Part shown: positions 8,485 to 16,918 of the stretch, piece by piece
Layout: the number at the start of each line of letters is the position of its first letter
Position numbering within the stretch: position 1 is the stretch's first letter
NCBI GenBank assembly: GCA_965261975.1
Contig: CBDHEC010000023.1
Coordinates: 1-20,069, forward strand
Direction: 5' to 3'
DNA: 20,069 bases
Origin: Alphaproteobacteria bacterium
Lineage (GTDB): Bacteria > Pseudomonadota > Alphaproteobacteria > UBA6615
Notes under the pieces: model-generated
The model's database searches: none
What the model saw: the letters and a program-made list of their open reading frames with translations, nothing else
Told to the model about the DNA's origin: nothing
Position numbers and translations under genes: made by a program

Positions 8485-9486
8485 TCAGCTGCCTTTGCCC
8501 GTCATCTTCGCGATCATCTGACCGATGGTGCTGTCACCGACCTTCTTCTTGGCGAGATCGGCCATCACAGCATCTACCTTGGCCTGGATCTTGGCCTTTT
8601 CGGCATCCGAAAATTCGACGAGTTCGTTGCCGGCTTTCTTGGCCGCACCCATGCCGCGCGCCGAAGCCGCGTCATAGGCCTTACCGGCGTTGAGCGACAG
8701 ATCGGTACTGGCCGCCGCGTCGATCCAGCCCTTCTCCTCGGCGGACAGGCCGTTATAGACGTCCTTGTTCATCAACAGCACAAACGCCGAACCCGATCCC
8801 GGGAACCAGGTCGTCACATAGTTTGCCGGCTCGAACAGCTTGAACGCGCCGATTGCCGACGGGTCGATCATGATTCCATCGATCACGCCATTCGCGAGGT
8901 TCTGGTTGATCACCGTCACCGGCTGCGCGACGGCGCTGGCGCCCAGCGCCTCGACGATCGGCACGTCGGACTTGGACGTGACACGTATTTTCATGCCCTT
9001 CATGTCCTCCAACGTGCGTACCGCCTTATCCCTGGTGATCAGCACCGGCGGGGCATTGGCCCAGATGGCGATGACCTTGGCGTTGTATTCCTTCTCAAGC
9101 TCGCCGCGCACACGCTGCAAGGCCTCGGAGCAGGAGAAAGCCGAGTCACAAACACCCGGCAGCCCCATGACATTGGTCTTGGGAAACACGTCGGCCGTGT
9201 AGCCCGGCAGTGTGAAGATCACGTCGGCGACGCCAGAGAGCATGATCGAATACTGCTTCGGCGGCACCTTGTTCAGCGCCCCACCGGGAAACTGTTTAAC
9301 CGTGAGCTTACCGCCCGACAGCTCGGCCAGCTTGTCGCCGAACGGCGTCATGACCCCCTTGTTCATGGGGTGCTTGGGCCCCATGAAATAGGCCAGCGAG
9401 AGCTCATCGGCCGAAGCCGTGGAGGTGGCGAAAGCGCCAGCGGCGGCGAGCCCCGCAGCGATGGCAACAGCCTTGAATTTGTACAT
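8485..9486 (-). CDS. dctP: TRAP transporter substrate-binding protein DctP
   Basis: Signal peptide MYKFKAVAIAAGLAAAGAFATSTASA, SGGKLTVKQFPGGAL, LEDMKGMKIRV (carboxylate-binding Arg), EALGASAV, GVIDG. RBS AGGGAG precedes ATG 9486. Confidence 0.92.
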   Translation of the reverse strand: MYKFKAVAIAAGLAAAGAFATSTASADELSLAYFMGPKHPMNKGVMTPFGDKLAELSGGKLTVKQFPGGALNKVPPKQYSIMLSGVADVIFTLPGYTADVFPKTNVMGLPGVCDSAFSCSEALQRVRGELEKEYNAKVIAIWANAPPVLITRDKAVRTLEDMKGMKIRVTSKSDVPIVEALGASAVAQPVTVINQNLANGVIDGIMIDPSAIGAFKLFEPANYVTTWFPGSGSAFVLLMNKDVYNGLSAEEKGWIDAAASTDLSLNAGKAYDAASARGMGAAKKAGNELVEFSDAEKAKIQAKVDAVMADLAKKKVGDSTIGQMIAKMTGKGS

Positions 9487-9550
9487 CAGTTTCTCCCTGT
9501 TCATTCGATGGCTCGGCTCTGACGGCCGAGATTGGTCAATTCATCCTGCG

Positions 9551-9569
9551 ATTGATTAGTACTCTCAAT
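9551..9569. promoter_or_regulatory. Candidate operator: inverted repeat ATTGA-N9-TCAAT in the dctP / epoxide hydrolase divergent region
   Basis: attgattagtactctcaat lies in an AT-rich divergent intergenic region, with a second half-site pair attggtcaat at 9531-9540. Confidence 0.3.
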
Positions 9570-9649
9570 TATCGGGGCGCCAACATGCAAGGCAAAAGCG
9601 AATTGAACCCGCACGCTCAGCGGCAGATTGTAGTGGTAAAAGTGTAACC

Positions 9650-10622
9650 ATGCAGAACCTCCCATTCCCGCTGGAGATGATCGAAACCAACGGCCTGCGC
9701 CTGCGCGCCGCCGTCGAGGGCAGCGGCCCGCTGATCATCATGGTCCATGGCTGGCCCGAACTTTGGTACTCATGGCGGCACCAGATCAAACCTGTCGCCG
9801 CCGCGGGCTACCGCGTGGTCGCCCCCGACATGCGCGGCTATGGCGGCAGCGACAAACCGCACTTGGTCGAGGCTTACGACATGGCCAACCTGATGGCAGA
9901 CGTCGTCGGGATCATCGACGCCTTCGACGCGCCGTCGGCCATCCTGATCGGCCATGACTGGGGGGGCGCCCATCTGCTGGAACACGGCATCGATGTATCC
10001 CGAGCGTGTGTCCGCAATCGCAGCGCTGAGCGTGCGCTATCCCAAACGCGGCCCCGCTTCCACCATCGACCTGTGGCGGCGCATCTACCGCGACCGCTTC
10101 TTCTATCAGCTGTATTTCGAAGCCGAAGGCGTGGCCGAAGCCGAGTTGGAGACCGACGTCGCACTCTCCCTGCGGAAAATCTACTACGCCCTGTCCGGCA
10201 ACGCCCCGAAAGCCGACTACTGGCTCGACCGTCCGGCGGAAGGCGGCCTGCTTGGCCCGCTCATCGACCCCGACCCGTTTCCCGAATGGCTGAGCGACGA
10301 AGACCTCAAATACTATGTTGATAACTTCGCCGCCGGCGGCTTTCGCGGCCCCATCAACCGCTACCGCAACCAGGACCGGGACTTCGAGATGCTGCCCGGC
10401 CTGGCCACGGGGCCGATCGGGCAACCCAGCTGTTTCATCGCCGGCAGCCGCGACCCCGTGCGCCACTTCGTACCCGGCCGGGACCTTTATGAGGATGTCG
10501 GGCGGCACTGCGACGACCTACGTTTCTCGAAGATCATCGAGGACGCGGGGCATTGGGTGCAGCAGGAAGCACCCGGGCCGGTGACAGAGGCTCTCCTCGG
10601 TTTTCTTTCGTTGCTCGACTGA
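9650..10622 (+). CDS. Epoxide hydrolase-like alpha/beta hydrolase with a +1 frameshift in the G7 run 9960-9966
   Basis: HGWPELWYSWRHQ, APDMRGYG and the GHDWG nucleophile motif lie in the 9650 frame. APICWNTA, FFYQLYF, INRYRN, AGSRD and AGHWVQQEAP lie in the next frame. Removing one G gives GHDWGAPICW. Confidence 0.87.
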
Positions 10623-10686
10623 ACTGGCCCCACACCCGTCCGCAAGCTAGGGTTCCATCGAACAGGATCACGTAAGGATTTCCCGG

Positions 10687-10809
10687 ATGGCCGAGATCAA
10701 GGTGCTGGATGGATATGACGGCCAGCAACGCAAAGGCGCGGTGGTTGAAGAAGAGCTGCGCCGGAAATCCTGCGGGATGATGAACGACTTCTTCGCGGAA
10801 ACGCTCTAG
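10687..10809 (+). CDS. Hypothetical 40-aa small ORF or gene remnant
   Basis: MAEIKVLDGYDGQQRKGAVVEEELRRKSCGMMNDFFAETL*. AAGGA lies 8 nt upstream, third positions are G/C-biased, and it ends 11 bp before the DMT gene. Confidence 0.4.
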   Translation: MAEIKVLDGYDGQQRKGAVVEEELRRKSCGMMNDFFAETL

Positions 10810-10820
10810 CACCCTTCATC

Positions 10821-11696
10821 ATGTCTACATCCGCTACGACAGAAATGACGCCGCGCGCGCGGCTAACGGCAATCGGCATCATGTGCCTCGCATCGCTGTG
10901 CTTCATCGCCATGCATGGCTTCATCAAGACGGTGCGCGGCGATGTCCCGATCGGGATGATCATCTGGTCGCAATACACTATTCAGGCGGTGCTGCTGACC
11001 GTGCTGCTGGCGCCGCGCCTGTCGCGCATCGTAACAACCCAGTTACTCGGCCTGCAGGTGTTGCGCGCGCTCGCCCTCATGGCCGCGGTGAGCGGCATGT
11101 TCGTCGCAGTCGGCCTGATGCCGCTGGCAGATGCCATCACTATTGCCTTCGTGGCCCCGCTGATGATCACCGCAGCGGCAGCCTTTTTTCTCAAGGAACA
11201 TGTGACGGTCGGACAGTGGCTGGCCATCCTGATCGGGTTCGCAGGTGTTCTGATCGTCATTCGGCCGGGAACCAGCATCTTTGATGCGGCCTCGCTCGTA
11301 CCACTCGGTGCAGCGGTGTGCGTGGCGGTTTATCAGACACTCACGCGCCCCATCAGCCAGGCCGTAACACCGATCTCCATGCTTTACACGGCGACGCTGG
11401 TCGGCCTGATCGTTTCCGCACTGGCGCTCCCATTCGTGTGGGAACCCCCCGACTTCAGACAGATTGCCTATCTCGGCATCGCCGCGTGCCTGGGGGCTGC
11501 GGCGCATTTCCTGTTAATCCGCGCCTATCACGCCGCACCGGCCTCGCTGGTTGCCCCCTTCGCCTATACGGAGATCGTCTGGTCGTCGGCGATCGGCTTC
11601 GCGGTGTTCGGTGATATCCCGGACAGTGCGACGCTCATCGGGGCCGCCATCCTGATCGCCAGCGGCCTGTATCTGCTGCGTAGGGCGTCCAGCTAG
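10821..11696 (+). CDS. DMT/EamA family transporter
   Basis: About 10 TM segments; MPLADAITIAFVAPL, FLKEHV, GFAGVLIVIRPG, APASLVAPFAYTEIVW, FGDIP. Confidence 0.92.
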   Translation: MSTSATTEMTPRARLTAIGIMCLASLCFIAMHGFIKTVRGDVPIGMIIWSQYTIQAVLLTVLLAPRLSRIVTTQLLGLQVLRALALMAAVSGMFVAVGLMPLADAITIAFVAPLMITAAAAFFLKEHVTVGQWLAILIGFAGVLIVIRPGTSIFDAASLVPLGAAVCVAVYQTLTRPISQAVTPISMLYTATLVGLIVSALALPFVWEPPDFRQIAYLGIAACLGAAAHFLLIRAYHAAPASLVAPFAYTEIVWSSAIGFAVFGDIPDSATLIGAAILIASGLYLLRRASS

Positions 11697-11711
11697 AGGG
11701 CGCCCGGCCGG

Positions 11712-11762
11712 CTAGATCGCGAGATACTGCTGGCGCAACTCGGCACTCTCGAGCACGTCCTG
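11712..11762 (-). pseudogene. 3'-terminal remnant of a branched-chain-amino-acid-type ABC ATPase (LivF-like)
   Basis: The minus strand reads QDVLESAELRQQYLAI*, resembling the LivF-family C-terminus. There is an in-frame stop just upstream (11771-11769), and the fragment abuts the truncated kinase. Confidence 0.6.
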
Positions 11763-14289
11763 GACGTTCTATGGCGCGGTCGGATCCGCCGCACGCAACG
11801 GCCTGGAATTCATCACAATCTATCTCGGCCCCACCCTGGTCTTCGTCGGCTGGTGGTGGCTTCTGCGCAAGCTTGTGCGCATTGCCAAGGTTCATCGCAC
11901 GACATCGATCGCGGATTTGATTTCATCGCGCTACGGCAAGAGCCCGAGCCTGGCTGTACTCGTAACCCTGATCGCAGTCACGGCGACCACGCCCTATATC
12001 GCGCTACAGCTGCAATCCGTCACACGGAGCTATCAGGTTATCGCAGGCGAAGCCGATGGCATCACCACCGCCTTCTGGATTGCCGCAGGGATGGCCCTGT
12101 TCACGATCCTGTTCGGCACGCGCAACCTGGACGCCAACGAACGCCATCACGGGGTCGTTGCGGCCATCGCCTTCGAGGCGATCGTCAAACTGCTGGCCCT
12201 CATCGCGGTCGGGGTCTTCGCGGTCTGGGGTGTTGCGGGCGGCCTGGGTGACGTATTCGCCGATGTCCCGGCAGAAGCCATCCGCGGGGCGGGTGACATT
12301 TTCGGGCCGCGCTGGGTCACCCTGACCTTCCTGTCCGCCACCGCGATCATCTGTCTGCCGCGGCAGTTCCAGGTAACCGTGGTGGAAAATATCGAGGAAC
12401 GACATCTCGGTACCGCGTCATGGCTTTTTCCCCTCTACCTGCTCGGCATTTGCCTGTTCATCATGCCGATCGCCTTCGTCGGCCTGAAGGTCCTGCCGGC
12501 CGGCTCCAACCCCGATCTCTTCGTCCTCACCCTGCCCTTGTCGGAACAGCAGAACGGGCTCGCCCTGTTTGCCTTCCTCGGCGGATTTTCCTCGGCGACG
12601 TCGATGGTAATCGTCGCCGCCATCGCCGTTTCGACCATGGTGTCGAACCACATCGTCATGCCCGTGGCCCTGCAACTCCTGTCTGTGGGCCGCAATGTCC
12701 GCGGTGACGTGCGCTGGCTGCTGCTCACCTCGCGGCGCGTCAGCATCGCCGCCATCCTTGGGCTGGGGTTCCTGTATTTTCGGATTTCCGGCGGCTCGGA
12801 CGCGCTTGCCGCGATCGGCCTGATCGCCTTCGTGGGCGTCGCGCAATTCCTGCCCAGCCTGATCGGCGGCATCTTCTGGCGCAGCGCCAACCGCGCGGGA
12901 GCGCTGACCGGACTGATCTGCGGCGCGCTGCTGTGGGCCTATACGCTTTTCCTTCCCAGTTTCGGTGGCGACTTCATCCTCAGCCTGCCCGTCATCACCG
13001 ACGGCCCCTGGGGAATTGCGGCCCTTCGCCCGCAGGCCCTGTTCGGGCTCACCGATTTGGACCCGCTGGTGCATGCGGTGATCTGGAGCGTCGGGTTCAA
13101 CGCGTTGTCCTTTGTCGTCGTTTCCAGCCTGACCGGCGCCAATGCATTGGAGCGATTGCAAAGCGCGCTTTTCGTGAATGTCTACCGCTCCGTCGAAGAG
13201 GACATGTCGAGCGTTACGGCGCAGACCGTCGACACCGAGGATTTGTTCGTCCTCGCCCAGCGAATACTCGGACGCGCGCACGCGGCGCGCCTTTTTGAAG
13301 AGATGGCGCGGGCGCAAGGGTCCAGCCATGATCTGCCCCAGGCGACCGACACGGTGATCGCGCGCCTGGAACGCGAGCTGGCGGGCTCCATCGGCGCCGC
13401 ATCAGCCCACGCCATGGTCACGCGAATTACGGGCTATCAGATGGTCGCGATGACCGAGCTGATCGATATCGCCAGCGAAACCCAGCAATTGATCGAAACC
13501 TCCCGGCAACTTTCCGATAAATCTGCGGAACTGGAGCGAACTGCCGAAGAGCTGCGCAACGTGAACTAACGGCTTCGCGCGCTCGATTCACAGAAAGATG
13601 ACTTCCTCAGCCAGGTCAGTCACGAACTGCGTACCCCGATGACATCCATCCGCTCTTTCTCCGAGTTGTTGCTCGGGGACGAGGAGGTGTCGGAGGATCA
13701 GCAGGCACGGTTTACCTCGATCATTCACGACGAGAGCCAGCGTTTGACCCGGCTGCTGGACGAGATTCTGGATATCAGCCGGCTCGAGGCAGGCATCCTC
13801 AGCCTGCCGCTCGAGCCCGTCGAGATGCACGCCGCCGTGACGGCCGCGCTCGATTCGATCGCCGGCATGACTCACAGCCGAAAAGTGGACATCGCGGTCC
13901 ATCCGGCACTCGAGGGGCTGATGGTGAGCGCGAACGCCGACCGTTTGCGTCAGGTCCTCATCAACGTGCTGTCGAACGCGGTGAAATACAACACATCGGC
14001 CGATCCCCGCATCGAGGTCCGCACCGTCACAGACAGCGAAGAAGTGTGGGTGGATGTAATCGACAATGGCGGTGGCGTGACGCGCGCCGACGCTGCGACG
14101 ATCTTCGAAAAATTCACCCGCGGCAACCGGCCCAGCACCGATCAGGGCGCGGGCCTGGGCTTGCCCATCAGCCGGGCCTTCATGAACGCGATGAACGGTG
14201 ATCTGACCGTCGAGTTCATTGCCGACAGCGCGAGTTTCTTCAGGCTCACCCTGAAACGCGCCGCCACAAACACCGCTGCCGCCCAATAA
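11753..14289 (+). pseudogene. Sodium:solute symporter (SLC5)-STAC-histidine kinase hybrid sensor (CrbS/CbrA-like); 5'-truncated, internal TAA at 13567-13569
   Basis: Similarity starts abruptly at TSWTFYGAVGSAARNGLEFITIYLGP, with an in-frame TAG at 11713-11715 and no plausible start before it. It continues with SIADLISSRYGKS, PYIALQL, LPRQFQV, GGFSSATSMVIV and a STAC-like ERELAGSIGAASA. Past the TAA the same frame reads RLRALDSQKDDFLSQVSHELRTPMTSI (H-box), NVLSNAVKY, DNGGG, IFEKF, GAGLGL. Confidence 0.88.
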
Positions 14290-14402
14290 CCCTTCCGCGA
14301 CAATAGTGACCAGCAAAACCCCTTGCATCGAACGGGCTGTCCAAGCATGACATTGCCAGTTCGCCGCATGCCCTGGCGGCGCACACGGAAATGGATGTTC
14401 CC

Positions 14403-15425
14403 ATGAAGAAAATAGGCTTCCTGTCATTCGGCCACTGGTCTGCCGGGCAAGGATCGCAAGTGCGTTCCGGGTCCGACGCGCTGCTCCAGTCCATCGACCT
14501 GGCGGTTGCCGCCGAAGAACTCGGTGCCGATGGCGCCTATTTCCGGGTGCATCACTTCGCCCGCCAACTGGCTTCACCGTTTCCCCTGCTGGCCGCTGCC
14601 GGAGCGAAGACCAGCCGCATCGAACTCGGCACCGGCGTGATCGACATGCGTTACGAGAATCCGCTCTACATGGTCGAAGACGCCGGCGCGGCCGACCTCA
14701 TCGCCGGCGGGCGCCTCCAACTCGGCATCAGCCGCGGTTCCGGCGAGCAGGTGAACGATGGCTGGCGGTATTTCGGCTACCAGCCTGCCGAAGACGAAGA
14801 CCATGCCGACATGGCCCGACGGCACACGGCGGCGTTCCTCGAAGTCCTGAAGGGCGAAGGGTTCGCAGAACCAAATCCGCAACCGATGTTCCCCAACCCG
14901 CCCGGCATGCTTCGTGTCGAACCTCATTCCGAGGGTCTGCGCGACAGGATCTGGTGGGGTGCGGCCTCAAACGCGACTGCCGTTTGGGCGGCGAAGATGG
15001 GCATGAACCTCCAGAGCTCTACCCTCAAGACCGACGAGACAGGTGAGGCCTTTCACGTGCAACAGGCCGAACAGATCCGCGCCTACCGCGCGGCGTGGAA
15101 GGAAGCCGGGCATAGCCGCACGCCGCGCACCTCGGTCAGCCGTAGCATCTTCGCGCTGATGAACGACATGGACAGGGCCTATTTCGGGCGGTCGGGCGAG
15201 AGCGAGGATCATGTAGGCTTCCTCGACCCCAACACCCGCTCCATCTTCGGGCGCAGCTATGCGGCCGAGCCCGAGCTACTGATCGAGCAACTGGCAAAGG
15301 ACGAGGCGATTGCCGAGGCAGACACTCTTCTGCTGACCGTGCCGAACCAGCTCGGCGTCGAATATAACGCCCATGTCATCGAATCGATCCTGACCCACGT
15401 CGCGCCCGCACTCGGCTGGCGATAG
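14403..15425 (+). CDS. LLM (luciferase-like) class flavin-dependent oxidoreductase
   Basis: MKKIGFLSFGHW, GAYFRVHHFARQLASPFPLL, TSRIELGTGVIDMRYENP, GRLQLGISRG, DTLLLTVPNQLG. Alternative start at 14391. Confidence 0.92.
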   Translation: MKKIGFLSFGHWSAGQGSQVRSGSDALLQSIDLAVAAEELGADGAYFRVHHFARQLASPFPLLAAAGAKTSRIELGTGVIDMRYENPLYMVEDAGAADLIAGGRLQLGISRGSGEQVNDGWRYFGYQPAEDEDHADMARRHTAAFLEVLKGEGFAEPNPQPMFPNPPGMLRVEPHSEGLRDRIWWGAASNATAVWAAKMGMNLQSSTLKTDETGEAFHVQQAEQIRAYRAAWKEAGHSRTPRTSVSRSIFALMNDMDRAYFGRSGESEDHVGFLDPNTRSIFGRSYAAEPELLIEQLAKDEAIAEADTLLLTVPNQLGVEYNAHVIESILTHVAPALGWR

Positions 15426-15436
15426 CCCGAAACGCG

Positions 15437-16063
15437 CTAGGCCTGTTTGGCTTGTGCGGCCTTGCGCTGCTCGATCTCGGCGACCTCAGCGGCGGTCTTG
15501 CCCCAGAGCGGCGGGTCTTCCAGATAGGTGTCTTCCTCGGGCGTGTTTTCACGACCGAGACACACGTTGCGATGGGGGAAGCGACCGAATTTCCGAATCG
15601 CCTCGCGATGGCCCAACGCCGCTTCGAGCGAACGTTCGTCGGCCACCGGTTCATACAGCGCGCAGGCAAGATCCTGATCTTCCAGATTCTCGCTATGCTC
15701 GAACGGTAGATACAGGAAGATCTTCTGCCATTTCGCCATCTCCCGGTCGTGCCCGCGATCGAGCGCAATCCGTGCAATCTCGCGCGCCTTTGCATCCGTG
15801 GCAAAGGCGCGTGGTGTGCCCCGATAGATATTGCGCGGCACCTGATCGAGGAGCAACGCGAGCGCCAGGCAGTCGGCCGGGGTCTCCACGAAATGATCGA
15901 ACGCACCGCCGCCCGCACGCTCCTGTACCTCACGGTAACGCTGCGTCAGTTCGGCATCGAACTCAGGCGTCGAACGAAACCAGACGTCGCGGCGCTCCAT
16001 CTCAAGAAAGAGATCGGTATCGCCAAACCAGAACGTCAAAACATCTGTGCTCAGGGGGTCCAT
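15437..16063 (-). CDS. DUF924 family protein
   Basis: VLTFWFG, WF....FD, LLDQVPRNIYRGTPRAFATD, FLYLPFEHSE, IRKFGRFPHRN..LGRENTPEE. Confidence 0.93.
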   Translation of the reverse strand: MDPLSTDVLTFWFGDTDLFLEMERRDVWFRSTPEFDAELTQRYREVQERAGGGAFDHFVETPADCLALALLLDQVPRNIYRGTPRAFATDAKAREIARIALDRGHDREMAKWQKIFLYLPFEHSENLEDQDLACALYEPVADERSLEAALGHREAIRKFGRFPHRNVCLGRENTPEEDTYLEDPPLWGKTAAEVAEIEQRKAAQAKQA

Positions 16064-16192
16064 ATCGGGTCACTCGCGCTTCGTCATAATGTCGGCCAGA
16101 GTATATCACCGCGCCGCACATATCGTTCCCGGCCGGGGCGCGGAATCGAATTCTTCTGGCGCCATCACCTTCAACACAGGAAACAACATCTC

Positions 16193-16915
16193 ATGCCAGA
16201 TCGGTTCGGACCACGCGGCACCTTTGCACTCTTTATCCCGCTGCAGAACGCCAACATGCAGCCCGAGTATGAAATGTTGCGGCCCGAGGGGATCAACAAC
16301 CAGATCTACCGGTTCACGCTCGAGATTCCCGACAAGGTGCCGGACGCCATCCTGCGGGTCGTCGAGGGCGGGCTCGGCTGCTGGCCGGACCAGGTGATCA
16401 TCGGCAACAATGTCGAGATGCGGGTCTGGACGCCGGACCAGCATGCCGAGTATCGCGGCAAGCTCCAGGAAGCGATCGGCGACATCCCGCTGGTCACCGC
16501 CACGGACGCGGCAGTCGGCGCCCTCAAGACCATGGGTGCCAAGCGCATCGCCGCCCTGTCGCCCATGTCGGACGTCTATTCCCAAAGCGTGCAGAATTAC
16601 TACGAGACCATGGGTTTCGAGGTGCCTTACCACGCTGGACTACAGGTCAAGAAGCCGGAAGACATCATCAAGGTCACGCTGGAAGACGCCCTCGAGGGCT
16701 TCCGCAAGCTCGACCATGACGACGTCGACACCTTCCTGCATGTGGGTGCCGCGCTGGGCATCGTCGACATGGTCGAGGAACTGGAAAAGGAGCTGGGCCG
16801 CCCGGTCGTCTCGACCAACATCGCGACCTACTGGTATGCCCTGCGCCGCCACGGCATCACCGATCCGCTGGAAGGCTTCGGCCAGCTGGCCATGAAGCCC
16901 GCCATCGTCGAGTAA
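16193..16915 (+). CDS. Asp/Glu racemase / maleate isomerase / arylmalonate decarboxylase-fold protein, paralog 2 (canonical Cys absent)
   Basis: Starts MPDRFGPRG (ATG 16193, CAGGA upstream), collinear with the 5914 protein; ends LGRPVVSTNIATYWYALRRHGITDPLEGFGQL. Confidence 0.85.
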   Translation: MPDRFGPRGTFALFIPLQNANMQPEYEMLRPEGINNQIYRFTLEIPDKVPDAILRVVEGGLGCWPDQVIIGNNVEMRVWTPDQHAEYRGKLQEAIGDIPLVTATDAAVGALKTMGAKRIAALSPMSDVYSQSVQNYYETMGFEVPYHAGLQVKKPEDIIKVTLEDALEGFRKLDHDDVDTFLHVGAALGIVDMVEELEKELGRPVVSTNIATYWYALRRHGITDPLEGFGQLAMKPAIVE

Positions 16916-16918
16916 TCG

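Noticed and set aside
8242-9522. 426-aa plus-strand ORF
   Set aside because: Antisense shadow of dctP/dctQ, with low-information His/Arg-rich composition.
11875-14289. Two independent genes (symporter 11875-13569 and kinase 13639-14289)
   Set aside because: They share one frame across a single TAA, the H-box lies between them, and similarity extends upstream of 11875. This is one broken gene.
15749-16192. 148-aa N-terminal extension of AMDase-fold paralog 2
   Set aside because: It overlaps DUF924 on the opposite strand, and the paralog alignment fixes the start at ATG 16193.
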